A stretch of 64,000 nt of DNA from Bacteroidota bacterium (GTDB lineage Bacteria; Bacteroidota; Ignavibacteria; UBA10030; UBA8401), in the NCBI GenBank assembly GCA_005792285.1, contig SXSI01000050.1, positions 4,297 to 68,296 on the forward strand, given 5' to 3'. Under the pieces are notes generated by a model. That model did no database searches. It saw only the letters and a list, made by a program, of their open reading frames with translations, and was not told the DNA's origin. Below are positions 19,532 to 29,609 of the stretch, in pieces. Each line of letters begins with the position of its first letter. Position 1 is the stretch's first letter. Both the position numbers and the translations under genes were made by a program.

Positions 19532-20558
19532 TTATGATTATCCAATCCCGAGAAATTTAATCGCGAAACATCCCACAAAAAAAAGAGATCATTCGAGGTT
19601 GATGGTATTAAATAGAAAGCTACAAACTATTGAAGACAGAATGTTCAGCGATATTGTTGACTATATTTCGCCAGGTGATGTAATGGTTGTTAACAATACA
19701 AAAGTATTTCCAGCAAGATTAATTGGCAGAAAAGAAAAAACTAATGCAAAGATCGAAGTTTTTATGTTGCGACAATTAAGTCAACCTGAAAATATTTGGG
19801 ATGTAATTGTTGAACCTGCAAGAAAAGTTCGCATAGGAAATAAAATTTATTTTGACAACGGAAGTATTTGGTGCGAAGTTATTGATAATACAACTTCGCG
19901 TGGCAGAACTGTTCGTTTTAACTACGAAAAAGATGATTTTTATAATGTGCTTGAAAAAATTGGATTAACTCCAATTCCGAGATATTTGAAACGCGATCCA
20001 AATGCAAAAGATAAAGAACGATATCAAACTATTTTTGCTGAAGAAATTGGTGCTGTTGCTGCTCCAACTGCAGGGCTTCACTTTACAAATATATTGGTAA
20101 AAAAAATACGAAAAAAAGGTGCTTCAATTGTTCCGGTTCTTCTTCATATTGGAATTGGCACTTTTAGAATTGTTGAAACAGAAGACCTTTCAAAACATAG
20201 AATGGATTCAGAATATTTTTCAATTCCACCAGCAACAATACCAATTGTAAATAAAGCAATTGAATCTAAAAAAAAGGTGTTCGTTGTTGGAACTAGTGCA
20301 TGTAGAGCTGTAGAAAGTAGTTATACGAATGACGGACTTTTAAAATTAAATGGTGGTTGGACTGATAAATTTATTTTTCCGCCATATGATTTTAAAATCC
20401 CCGACGCTTTAATTACAAATTTTCATATGCCTTGCTCAACTTTAATGATGCTCACTTCAGCATTCGCTGGTTATGATTTATTAATGCGAGCTTACAAACA
20501 TGCAATAAAAAAGAAATACAGATTTTATAGCTACGGCGATTCAATGTTGATTATTTGA
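19518..20558 (+). CDS. queA: S-adenosylmethionine:tRNA ribosyltransferase-isomerase
   Basis: NNTKVFPARL, RYQTIFA, AAPTAGLHF, TNFHMP, YRFYSYGDSM. Confidence 0.96.
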   Translation: MKLIDYDYPIPRNLIAKHPTKKRDHSRLMVLNRKLQTIEDRMFSDIVDYISPGDVMVVNNTKVFPARLIGRKEKTNAKIEVFMLRQLSQPENIWDVIVEPARKVRIGNKIYFDNGSIWCEVIDNTTSRGRTVRFNYEKDDFYNVLEKIGLTPIPRYLKRDPNAKDKERYQTIFAEEIGAVAAPTAGLHFTNILVKKIRKKGASIVPVLLHIGIGTFRIVETEDLSKHRMDSEYFSIPPATIPIVNKAIESKKKVFVVGTSACRAVESSYTNDGLLKLNGGWTDKFIFPPYDFKIPDALITNFHMPCSTLMMLTSAFAGYDLLMRAYKHAIKKKYRFYSYGDSMLII

Positions 20559-21262
20559 TGATTCCAACAACTGTAATTATTCCTGCAGCAGGAAGTAGTT
20601 CGAGATTTGGAAATATTCCAAAACAAACCTATTTACTTTCTGGGGAACCAATTATAAATTATTCATTGCGACAATTTCAGGAAAATGAAAATGTTATTTC
20701 TATTATTATCGCAACTCAAGAAAATCTCAGAAATGAAATTCAAAAATTAGTTATTGAAAATAATTTTTCGAAAGTTAAAGAGATTGTTATTGGAGGAAAA
20801 GAGAGACAAGATTCAGTTCTGAATGCTGCCAAGATTGTAAATAATGAATCAGAAATAATTCTTGTTCACGATGCAGCTCGCCCATTTATTAATCAAGAAA
20901 TGTTAAATTCTGTAATTACAAAAGCAAAAACAAATGGTTCAGCAATTGTTGCAGTGAAGATTGTTGATACAATAAAAAGGGTTGATGAGAACCAAAAGAT
21001 TAAGGAAACAATTGATCGTTCAAATATTTACGCTGCTCAAACACCGCAAGCATTTCGGAGTGATGTTTTCCAAAAAATGATAACTTTTGCAACTTCAAGT
21101 AATTTTATAGGAACCGATGAATCTATGTTAGCTGAAAAAATAAATTCCTTTCCGGAAATTGTTTTAGGTTCAACAAGAAATATTAAAATTACAACTCAAG
21201 ATGATTTAGTAATTGCTGAAAAATTATTAGAGTTATCGAATAAAAAATATCAATATGAATAA
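20555..21262 (+). CDS. ispD: 2-C-methyl-D-erythritol 4-phosphate cytidylyltransferase
   Basis: IIPAAGSSSRFG, GGKERQDSV, LVHDAARP, AQTPQAF, NIKITTQDD. Confidence 0.93.
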   Translation: MMIPTTVIIPAAGSSSRFGNIPKQTYLLSGEPIINYSLRQFQENENVISIIIATQENLRNEIQKLVIENNFSKVKEIVIGGKERQDSVLNAAKIVNNESEIILVHDAARPFINQEMLNSVITKAKTNGSAIVAVKIVDTIKRVDENQKIKETIDRSNIYAAQTPQAFRSDVFQKMITFATSSNFIGTDESMLAEKINSFPEIVLGSTRNIKITTQDDLVIAEKLLELSNKKYQYE

Positions 21263-21905
21263 CGACTTAATAATTATTTTGATTAGTTATTTACTTGGTT
21301 CAATTCCAACGAGTATCATTTTATCAAAAGTTTTTGGTGGGATTGATATTCGCGAACATGGAAGTAGAAATGCTGGTGGTACAAATGTAGTTCGAGTGCT
21401 TGGTTGGAAAATTGGAATATTTGTGATGATAATTGACGTGTTGAAAGGAACGGTTGCAACGGCTTGGGTTTCGCAAATGCAATTAATTAATTCAAATACA
21501 GTTTCAATTTTCGATCCATTTATGTTGAGTGTCATTTGTGGAATAGCAGCCATTATTGGGCATGTTTGGACAATATTTGCTAAATTTCGTGGTGGTAAAG
21601 GTGTTGCAACTGGAATGGGAATGATGATTGCACTTTCACCAACTGATATTTTAGTTGGAATTATTATTTTTATTATTATTGTTTCGATAACTAAATATGT
21701 TTCGGTTGGATCAATGTTTGGAGTTGCTTCTATAGTATTAAGTATTTTTATTAGGAAAAATATTTTTAATGCCGAAATTCAAGGTTTTGAAATTTTACTA
21801 TGGAGTACATCTTTGATTTCTCTATTTATTATTTTTACTCATCGAGCAAATATTAAACGCCTTTTGAGTGGAACAGAAAATAAATTTTCATTTAAGAAAA
21901 AATAA
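21255..21905 (+). CDS. plsY: glycerol-3-phosphate acyltransferase
   Basis: YLLGSIP, GSRNAGGTN, GHVWTIF..FRGGKGVAT, HRANIKRL. Confidence 0.95.
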   Translation: MNNDLIIILISYLLGSIPTSIILSKVFGGIDIREHGSRNAGGTNVVRVLGWKIGIFVMIIDVLKGTVATAWVSQMQLINSNTVSIFDPFMLSVICGIAAIIGHVWTIFAKFRGGKGVATGMGMMIALSPTDILVGIIIFIIIVSITKYVSVGSMFGVASIVLSIFIRKNIFNAEIQGFEILLWSTSLISLFIIFTHRANIKRLLSGTENKFSFKKK

Positions 21906-21910
21906 TTTTT

Positions 21911-22918
21911 GTGCAAATTCTGAAAATTGGAATTCTCGGAGCTGGTAGTTGGGGAACTGCATTAAGTATTGTATTTCAGCAAAATGGACATGAAGTTACT
22001 CTTTGGTCTCATAAAAAAAGTCATATCACAAAAATTCAAAAAAGTAAAGGCAAAAATGATTATTTACCTGGTGCCAAATTAAATTCAAAAATTAAGCTCA
22101 CTTCAAACTTAAATGAAGTAACTAAAAATAAAGATATAATTTTTACAGTTGTCCCTTCGCAATTTCTTAGATCTGTTTTGGAGAAAATTCCATTTTCGAA
22201 TATTTCTCAAACAATAATTTGCAATACATCAAAGGGAATTGAAATTTCAACTTTGAAGACCATGACGCAAGTTATTTCTGATGTATTTCCTTTGATAAAT
22301 AAAAAACAACTTGCAGTGTTATCTGGACCAAGTCATGCAGAGGAAGTTAGCAAAAATGTCCCAACAACAATTGTTACTGCATCATATTCAAGAAGAAATG
22401 CAAAATTAATTGCTGGAACTTTATCAACTCCATATTTTAGAATTTATATTGGAGACGATGTTCGAGGAGTTGAATTAGGTGGTTCACTTAAAAATATAAT
22501 TGCACTGGCTGCCGGAATTATTGATGGAATCGGTTATGGCGATAATACTAAAGCTGCGTTAATGACGCGTGGAATGGCTGAAATTAGCCGTTTAGGAATA
22601 AAATTAGGTGCGTTACCAAGAACTTTTAGTGGGCTTTCCGGAATGGGAGATTTGATTGTTACTTGCATGAGCAAGCATAGTAGAAATAGATTTGTTGGCG
22701 AAGAAATTGGTAAAGGGAAAAAATTAAAAGACATTCTTAAAAATATGGTTATGGTTGCCGAAGGAATTGCCACAAGTAAATCGGCTTTTAATCTTGCAAA
22801 AAAATATAAAGTTGATATGCCAATTAGTAATGCTATTTATAAAATTTTATATGAAGGAAAAGATTGTCGCGAAGCAACTTACGAACTAATGACAAGGGCG
22901 TTAAAAAATGAAAATTGA
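21911..22918 (+). CDS. gpsA: NAD(P)H-dependent glycerol-3-phosphate dehydrogenase
   Basis: GAGSWGTAL, SKGIE, LSGPSHAEEV, GSLKN, GDLIVTC.S.HSRN. Confidence 0.96.
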   Translation: MQILKIGILGAGSWGTALSIVFQQNGHEVTLWSHKKSHITKIQKSKGKNDYLPGAKLNSKIKLTSNLNEVTKNKDIIFTVVPSQFLRSVLEKIPFSNISQTIICNTSKGIEISTLKTMTQVISDVFPLINKKQLAVLSGPSHAEEVSKNVPTTIVTASYSRRNAKLIAGTLSTPYFRIYIGDDVRGVELGGSLKNIIALAAGIIDGIGYGDNTKAALMTRGMAEISRLGIKLGALPRTFSGLSGMGDLIVTCMSKHSRNRFVGEEIGKGKKLKDILKNMVMVAEGIATSKSAFNLAKKYKVDMPISNAIYKILYEGKDCREATYELMTRALKNEN

Positions 22919-24572
22919 ATTAAATTTTATAAAATTATTTATTCTACTTTTTTATTCTGTGAATTTTCTCATCTCACAACAAAAAGCTGATTTAGTAATT
23001 CTAAACGGAAAAGTTTGGACAGTTGACGAAACAAAACCTGAAGCCGAAGCAATTGCAATTTTAGGTGAAAAAATTATTGAAGTCGGAAGTGAAAAAGAAA
23101 TTCGACAATATATTTCAACTTCTACAAAAATAATTGACGCACAAAAAAAATTAATCCTTCCCGGATTAATTGATAACCACGCTCATTTTACTTCCGGCGG
23201 ATTTGAAATAACAAATATAGATTTAAGAAATGCAAAAAGTGAAATTGAATTTGCTTCAAGAATAATTAAACGTGCAAAAGAAAAACCGGGAATTTGGATT
23301 AAAGGAGGAGGATGGGATCATGAAAATTGGAAATCCGCTTCACTTCCAACAAAAGAATTAATCGACAGTGTGACACAAACTACGCCAGTTTTTGTGGATA
23401 GGTTAGATGGACACATGGCATTGGCAAATTCATTTGTAATTAAATTAGCAGGAATTACAAAAGATACACCAAATCCACCAGGAGGAACAATTGTAAAAGA
23501 TTCCAAAACAGGTGAACCAACCGGAGTTTTGAAAGATGAAGCAATGTCACTTGTTTATAAAATAATGCCACCGCAATCTTTTGAAGAAGCAATTCAAGCA
23601 ACATCCGCTGCATTAACAAGAGCAAAAGAATTAGGATTGACAAGCATTCAGGATATGACAAGCAGTATGGATCTCAAAGCATATCAGGAATTGAAAAAAA
23701 GAAATCAATTGACTGCAAGGTTATATTGTAGAATGCCAATTTCTCAGTGGAAGGATCTCGAAAATTTAGGAATCGAAACAAATTTTGGAGATAACTTTAT
23801 TAAACTTGGATCTCTTAAAGGTTATGCAGATGGTTCGCTTGGCTCATCAACTGCATTATTTTTTAAAAAATATGAATCTGAAAATACTTTTGGTTTACCA
23901 AGTGATATTTTATTGGATGGAAGATTAGAAAATTGGGGAACTAAAGCAGATAAATCGAAATTACAACTTTCAATTCATGCGATTGGTGATAGTGCAAATA
24001 ACGAAATTTTAAATATTTTTCAGCGAATTCAAAATACCAATCCAATTTGGGATAGACGATTCAGAATTGAACATGCTCAGCATCTCAATCACAAAGATGT
24101 TTTAAGATTTAAAAAATTAAATGTTATTGCATCGATGCAACCATCACACGCAATCGATGATGGACGATGGGCTGTGAAAAGAATTGGTTCCGAACGTGAG
24201 AAAGAAGCATATGTTTTTCGTTCTATTCTGAATGAAAAAATAACTTTAACTTTTGGAAGTGATTGGCCAGTTGCTCCATTAAATCCAATGTTGGGAATTT
24301 ATGCAGCAGTAACTCGAAGAACTCTTGATGGAAAAAATCCAAACGGATGGATTCCTGAACAAAAGATTTCTGTAAAGGAAGCAATAAAATGTTACACAAT
24401 TAATAATGCTTATTCTTCATTTGAAGAAAATGAAAAAGGAAGTATTACAAAAGGAAAATTAGCTGACATTATTATTTTGTCGGAAGATATTCTAACAATT
24501 GATCCTGTGAAAATAGAAAATGTAAAAGTAGAAATGACAATTGTTGGTGGACGAATAGTTTTCCAAAAATAG
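22908..24572 (+). CDS. exported amidohydrolase (YtcJ / amidohydrolase_3 family)
   Basis: signal peptide; PGLIDNHAH, HAIGD, RIEHAQ, FGSDWPV, GKLADIIILS. Confidence 0.85.
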   Translation: MKIELNFIKLFILLFYSVNFLISQQKADLVILNGKVWTVDETKPEAEAIAILGEKIIEVGSEKEIRQYISTSTKIIDAQKKLILPGLIDNHAHFTSGGFEITNIDLRNAKSEIEFASRIIKRAKEKPGIWIKGGGWDHENWKSASLPTKELIDSVTQTTPVFVDRLDGHMALANSFVIKLAGITKDTPNPPGGTIVKDSKTGEPTGVLKDEAMSLVYKIMPPQSFEEAIQATSAALTRAKELGLTSIQDMTSSMDLKAYQELKKRNQLTARLYCRMPISQWKDLENLGIETNFGDNFIKLGSLKGYADGSLGSSTALFFKKYESENTFGLPSDILLDGRLENWGTKADKSKLQLSIHAIGDSANNEILNIFQRIQNTNPIWDRRFRIEHAQHLNHKDVLRFKKLNVIASMQPSHAIDDGRWAVKRIGSEREKEAYVFRSILNEKITLTFGSDWPVAPLNPMLGIYAAVTRRTLDGKNPNGWIPEQKISVKEAIKCYTINNAYSSFEENEKGSITKGKLADIIILSEDILTIDPVKIENVKVEMTIVGGRIVFQK

Positions 24573-24587
24573 TTATTTGATATTTCC

Positions 24588-26771
24588 ATGGATGAAGTTT
24601 CGATTCAATATGGAAAAGGAATTGGTCCAAAAAGGGGAGCCGCACTTCAGGAAATCGGGATTAATACAATTGAAGACCTTTTTAATTATTTCCCATTTGA
24701 TTATTTAGACCGCTCGAGAATAATTCCAATTGCAAATTTACCTCAATTTGTTGGAAAGGGAATTGAAGTTACAATAATAGGCAAAGTTTGCAGGCACGAA
24801 TTAAAACGAACAAGGAATGGTAGAAAACTTTTCTTCTTAACATTGGAAGATGATTCAGGATTCGTTACTTCAATATTTTTTGCAGGATTTCAATGGTACC
24901 AAAAAATGTTTCCTATTGGAAAAGTAGTTGCTGCTTCTGCCTTTCCCGAAATTGATCAACATAATAAACTAGTTTTTATTCATCCCGAATTTGACAGATT
25001 ATCTTCCTTTGAATCAATTGATGACGACGACACGACGAATTGGGAAGAATTAATTCATACTGGAAAACTTGTTCCAAAATATCGAAGTTCAGAAAAATTA
25101 AGAAATGTTGGATTAGATAGTCGTGGATTTAGAAAAATAATTCACTCTGCACTTTCTAATTTTTCTCAAAAATTAATTGAAACTCTCAATCCTGAAATTT
25201 GTACAAAAAGAAATTTAATTGGATTAAAGGAAGCAATTAATGAAATCCATTTTCCGACTACAAAAGATAAACAACAACAAGCCGAGCAACGATTAAAGTA
25301 TGAGGAATTATTTTATTTTCAGTTAATGATATTAAATAGGAAGCGAGCTAGAAAAGAAAAATTAAACGGGCTTGAGTGCAAATTAGAATCAAAAATAAAT
25401 AAAAAATTTATTTATTCACTACCTTTTCAATTAACATCTTCACAAGAAAAATGTATCACAGAAATAATAAATGATTTGAGACAGCAATATTCTATGAATC
25501 GATTATTGCAGGGTGATGTTGGAAGTGGAAAGACAGTTGTTGCAATTGCTGCAATGATTCATGCAGTCGCAAATGGAATGCAATGTGCAATAATGGTTCC
25601 GACAGAAATATTAGCCGAGCAACATTTTCAAACTTTACAAAAATGGTTGAATGCATTTTCGATTAAAATAGATTTACTAGTTGGAAAACAAAAAAAGAAA
25701 AATAGATTGGCTGTTCTTCAAAAACTTCAAGAAGGCGAAATTGATATTGTAGTTGGAACACATGCTTTAATTGAAGAAAAAGTAAAATTTAAAAAATTAG
25801 GATTAATTGTAATCGATGAACAACACCGCTTTGGTGTTGCGCAAAGATCTTTACTAACAACTAAAAGTGAAATTCAACCGCACGTTCTTGTTATGACTGC
25901 AACACCGATTCCAAGAACATTATCAATGACACTTTATGGTGATTTAGATATTTCAATATTGTCCGAATTGCCAACGAACAGAAAAAAAATAATTACCGGA
26001 ATTCGGAATTCAATTGATAGGAATAAAATATACTCGTTTATCAAAAAGGAAATTAGTTTAGGGCGACAAGCATTTATCGTTTATCCATTAATTGATGAAT
26101 CTGAAAAAGTTGATTTGAAGGCTGCGCAAATAGAATATGAATCCCTTTCGACAAATACTTTTAAAGATTTTAAAATTGGTCTTTTACATGGAAGACTTTC
26201 ATCGGAAGAAAAAGAAAGTGTAATGAAAAGTTTTAAGAATGGAGAGATTAATATTTTAGTTACAACAACTGTAGTTGAAGTTGGAATTGATATTAAAAAT
26301 GCTACTGTGATATTAATTGAACATGCAAAACGATTTGGATTATCTCAACTTCACCAGTTACGAGGAAGAGTTGGAAGAGGAAGCGATCAATCTTATTGCA
26401 TACTGATTGCAGATTACGAAAACCAAAATAAAAATAAAAAAGAAGTAAGAAAAACTTCTGAGACTCAAATTGAAGTTGAGAAAGTTAAAAAACGGCTTCA
26501 GGCTTTAGTTGAATCAACTGATGGATTTGAAATTGCACAATCCGATTTAGAAATTCGTGGGCAAGGAGATTATTTTGGATTTCGACAAAGTGGAACTCCA
26601 TCATTTCGAATTGCGAATATTATTACAGATGTAAATTTACTCGAGCAAGCTCGTGAAGACGCAACAAAAATTATTTTAAATAATTTATTAACGAGCGATC
26701 AATCTTTTCATGAAATGAAATTTCATTTAGAAAAAAAAATCCTAGATCAAGTTGCTCACACAAAAATCTAA
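24588..26771 (+). CDS. recG: ATP-dependent DNA helicase RecG
   Basis: QGDVGSGKT, DEQHRFG, MTATPIPRTL, QLHQLRGRVGRG, DLEIRGQG. Confidence 0.96.
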   Translation: MDEVSIQYGKGIGPKRGAALQEIGINTIEDLFNYFPFDYLDRSRIIPIANLPQFVGKGIEVTIIGKVCRHELKRTRNGRKLFFLTLEDDSGFVTSIFFAGFQWYQKMFPIGKVVAASAFPEIDQHNKLVFIHPEFDRLSSFESIDDDDTTNWEELIHTGKLVPKYRSSEKLRNVGLDSRGFRKIIHSALSNFSQKLIETLNPEICTKRNLIGLKEAINEIHFPTTKDKQQQAEQRLKYEELFYFQLMILNRKRARKEKLNGLECKLESKINKKFIYSLPFQLTSSQEKCITEIINDLRQQYSMNRLLQGDVGSGKTVVAIAAMIHAVANGMQCAIMVPTEILAEQHFQTLQKWLNAFSIKIDLLVGKQKKKNRLAVLQKLQEGEIDIVVGTHALIEEKVKFKKLGLIVIDEQHRFGVAQRSLLTTKSEIQPHVLVMTATPIPRTLSMTLYGDLDISILSELPTNRKKIITGIRNSIDRNKIYSFIKKEISLGRQAFIVYPLIDESEKVDLKAAQIEYESLSTNTFKDFKIGLLHGRLSSEEKESVMKSFKNGEINILVTTTVVEVGIDIKNATVILIEHAKRFGLSQLHQLRGRVGRGSDQSYCILIADYENQNKNKKEVRKTSETQIEVEKVKKRLQALVESTDGFEIAQSDLEIRGQGDYFGFRQSGTPSFRIANIITDVNLLEQAREDATKIILNNLLTSDQSFHEMKFHLEKKILDQVAHTKI

Positions 26772-26804
26772 AAAATATGTTTAAAAAATAATTGCAATAA
26801 ACAC

Positions 26805-26834
26805 TTGACTATTTGAATAATAAGTATATATTTG
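26805..26834 (+). promoter_or_regulatory. FCB/Bacteroidota-type sigma70 promoter for the ligase-ligase-GNAT-kamA operon
   Basis: TTG at 26805, 19-bp spacer, TATATTTG (TAnnTTTG) at 26827-26834; also readable as TTGACT-N16-TATATT. Confidence 0.6.
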
Positions 26835-26841
26835 TATGTAA

Positions 26842-26925
26842 ATGATGATGCTTATTAGCAAAGAAAATTGTGTTCGACAGATTCCGATGGGGAAATCTGA
26901 AAAACTTCAAACTGAATGCGCGTAG
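26842..26925 (+). other. possible leaderless upstream ORF, MMMLISKENCVRQIPMGKSEKLQTECA, overlapping the start of the first ligase
   Basis: ATGATGATG about 8 nt after the -7 element; open for 27 codons to TAG 26923-26925; no homology evidence. Confidence 0.2.
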
Positions 26926-28010
26926 CTCTAGTTTACAACATCAATCACGAAGTTGCTGAGGAGAAAAAAAATTCTTCTCCATTTAATTCCTCAAAAAATT
27001 ATACTCCAAATCATACTTCTGCTTTATATAAACAACGTCATCAAGAAGTGAATGATGAGTTTGCGGAATGGGATACAATTGAAACTGTTCATGCAATGCA
27101 AAAAGCAATTGCACTTAAGCACGAAGTTATCTTAATTGAAGCTGATGAAAATGTGGCAGAATCGTTAAAAAAGGCAAAGCCACAAATGGTTTTTAACGTT
27201 GCTGAAGGCAGATATGGACCTTCTCGCGAGGCTCAGGTTCCGGCAATTTGTGAAATGTTACAAATTCCGTATACTGGTTCCGATCCAATTACACTTGGAA
27301 TTTGTTTAGAAAAATCTCGTGCAAAAGAAATTCTTTCATACTATAAAATTCCGACACCAAATTTTCGTGTTATCGAAAATTTAAACGGTTTAAAGTTTAC
27401 TCCACAAATTTTACCGGCAATTATTAAACCACTTTCCGAAGGAAGTAGTAAAGGAATTTTTGACAGTTCACTTGTTTCGAATGAAACTCAACTTAGATCG
27501 GAAGTCGAAAGAATTCTAACTCTTTATCATCAACCGGCAATTGCTGAAGAATATCTTCCTGGAAGAGAATTTACTGTTTCACTTCTTGGCAATGGAGATA
27601 AAGTAGAAGTACTTCCAATTGTTGAGCTTAATTTTGAATCTTTACCTGATGGTGTCAATCCAATTTATTCTTACGAAGCTAAATGGGTTTGGGATCAACT
27701 TGATGATCCATTAGATATTTTTAAATGTCCGGCAACTCTTTCAACACGACTTCAAAAACAAATTGAAACAATTTGTTTAGATGCATTCGAAGTTTTAAAA
27801 ATTAAAGACTGGGCAAGAATTGATGTTCGTTGCGATGGAAAAAACAGACCACATATAATAGAGATCAATCCTATTCCTGGAATTTTACCAAATCCTGATG
27901 ACCATTCTTGTTTTCCAAAAGCAGCACGTGCAGCGGGAATTGGTTATGATGAAATGATAAATAAAATTTTGGATTCTGCAATTGAAAGATATGCGAAATT
28001 AAATGCATAA
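26916..28010 (+). CDS. D-Ala-D-Ala ligase-like ATP-grasp enzyme (non-canonical paralogue 1)
   Basis: LEKSRAK, IIKPLSEGSSKGI, EEYLPGREF, YSYEAKW, ARIDVR, EINPIPG; lacks the canonical Ddl N-terminal GG.S.E motif. Confidence 0.85.
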   Translation: MRVALVYNINHEVAEEKKNSSPFNSSKNYTPNHTSALYKQRHQEVNDEFAEWDTIETVHAMQKAIALKHEVILIEADENVAESLKKAKPQMVFNVAEGRYGPSREAQVPAICEMLQIPYTGSDPITLGICLEKSRAKEILSYYKIPTPNFRVIENLNGLKFTPQILPAIIKPLSEGSSKGIFDSSLVSNETQLRSEVERILTLYHQPAIAEEYLPGREFTVSLLGNGDKVEVLPIVELNFESLPDGVNPIYSYEAKWVWDQLDDPLDIFKCPATLSTRLQKQIETICLDAFEVLKIKDWARIDVRCDGKNRPHIIEINPIPGILPNPDDHSCFPKAARAAGIGYDEMINKILDSAIERYAKLNA

Positions 28011-29130
28011 AAAATTAAGCGTTGCCATAATTTACAACGAACCAACAATCCAAACTCAAACTGGAAGAAAATTTATTTCTGAATTAAAAATAAATTCAAT
28101 TCTTATAAATCATCCAAATACTCCTGCAAAGGGAATTGATCTTTCAGAAGTTGGAATACTCGAAGAGAAGCAGGATATTCAAAACGCATTACAAAAATTA
28201 GGACACGCTTGTTCAATATTTAATGTTGCAGATGATATTCAAAATTTAATAAAATTTATTGAAGGGACTAATCCGGATGTAATCTTCAATATGGTTGAAG
28301 GCATTGGAGATTGCTCTATTCACGAAATGCACATTGCAGGTATTTATGAATTATTAGATGTTACTTACACAGGAGCTGGACCAGTTTGTTTAGGATTATG
28401 TTTGAATAAGAACAAGACGAAAGAAATTTTAATTGCCAATAATATTAGTACTCCAAAATTTGCACTTTGTACTGCATCAGAATTAGGAAAAGAAATCTCA
28501 AAATTAAAATATCCACTAATTGTAAAACCAGCTGGTGAAGATGCAAGTAATGGAATAGATAATAACTCAATAGTTTATAATAGAAGATCTCTAAATAAAC
28601 AGGTTAAATATATTTGTAGAAAATTTAAAGGGAAGGCTATTGTTGAAGAATATATTAATGGAAGAGAAATTAATGTTGCCGTAATCGGGAATAAAAAACC
28701 AAGAACACTTCCAATCTCAGAAATATCTTTTGCAAAACTGCAGAAACATTTACCACCAATTGTAACTTATAATGCAAAATGGATATCTGGTAGTGATGAA
28801 TATAAAGGAACCAATGGAGTTTGCCCTGCGGAACTTCCAAAAAGACTTGAAAAAGAAATAAATGCAATTGCGTTGAAAGCTTTCAAAATTATGGGATGTC
28901 GAGATTATGCTCGAGTTGACATGCGTTTGAATAAAAATGGAAAACCGTTTGTCTTGGAAGTAAATCCAAATCCGGATATTAGTGATGATGCCGGTTTCGC
29001 TCGTTCTTCAAAAGCAGGCGGATATACTTACGAAGAAATTGTTCAGCAAATTTTAGTTTATGCATCAGAAAGAAATAAAAAGATAACTACTCGCAAGAAA
29101 AAAACAAGACTTGTCGGAATTTCGGCGTGA
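28003..29130 (+). CDS. D-Ala-D-Ala ligase-like ATP-grasp enzyme (non-canonical paralogue 2)
   Basis: LNKNKTK, IVKPAGEDASNGI, EEYINGREI, TYNAKW, ARVDMR, EVNPNPD. Confidence 0.85.
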   Translation: MHKKLSVAIIYNEPTIQTQTGRKFISELKINSILINHPNTPAKGIDLSEVGILEEKQDIQNALQKLGHACSIFNVADDIQNLIKFIEGTNPDVIFNMVEGIGDCSIHEMHIAGIYELLDVTYTGAGPVCLGLCLNKNKTKEILIANNISTPKFALCTASELGKEISKLKYPLIVKPAGEDASNGIDNNSIVYNRRSLNKQVKYICRKFKGKAIVEEYINGREINVAVIGNKKPRTLPISEISFAKLQKHLPPIVTYNAKWISGSDEYKGTNGVCPAELPKRLEKEINAIALKAFKIMGCRDYARVDMRLNKNGKPFVLEVNPNPDISDDAGFARSSKAGGYTYEEIVQQILVYASERNKKITTRKKKTRLVGISA

Positions 29131-29598
29131 ATGATACGCACATTACTTTCTCATGATCGTGAACCGATCGTTAATATTCTTATTTCAACCAAATTTTTTT
29201 CAGAAGAAGAAGTTTCTATTGCCAGAGAAATTCTCGATATCTACATCGACGATCAAAATCAAAAAGATTATTTAGTGTACGTCTCCGAAGAAAATGATTT
29301 AGTTACAGGATATGTTTGTATCGGTAAAACTCCTGCAACAGTTGGTACGTTTGATTTGTATTGGATTGCAGTCGATCCATCGATTCAAGGAAAGGGAATT
29401 GGGACACAACTTTTTAATTATATAAAAAATCAAATAAAAGAATTAGCGGGGAATTTAATAATTGCAGAAACATCGTCAACAGAAAAATATATATCGACGC
29501 AAAAATTTTATGAAGCAAAAGGATTTCAATTATTTACAAGAATTAAAAATTATTATAAACCAAACGACGATTTAATGATTTACGGAATTTATATTTAA
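29131..29598 (+). CDS. single-domain GNAT N-acetyltransferase
   Basis: LYWIAVDPSIQGKGIG (acetyl-CoA binding motif A), FYEAKGF. Confidence 0.9.
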   Translation: MIRTLLSHDREPIVNILISTKFFSEEEVSIAREILDIYIDDQNQKDYLVYVSEENDLVTGYVCIGKTPATVGTFDLYWIAVDPSIQGKGIGTQLFNYIKNQIKELAGNLIIAETSSTEKYISTQKFYEAKGFQLFTRIKNYYKPNDDLMIYGIYI

Positions 29599-29609
29599 AG
29601 GAGGAAAAA

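Noticed and set aside
26916-29130. Housekeeping ddl for peptidoglycan synthesis
   Set aside because: Canonical Ddl N-terminal and omega-loop motifs are absent and there are no mur/fts neighbours.
26842-29598. Microviridin-type graspetide cluster (two ATP-grasp enzymes + GNAT + peptide)
   Set aside because: The ligases are Ddl-like rather than RimK/MdnC-like, and the upstream peptide lacks PFFARFL or TxKYPSD-type motifs.
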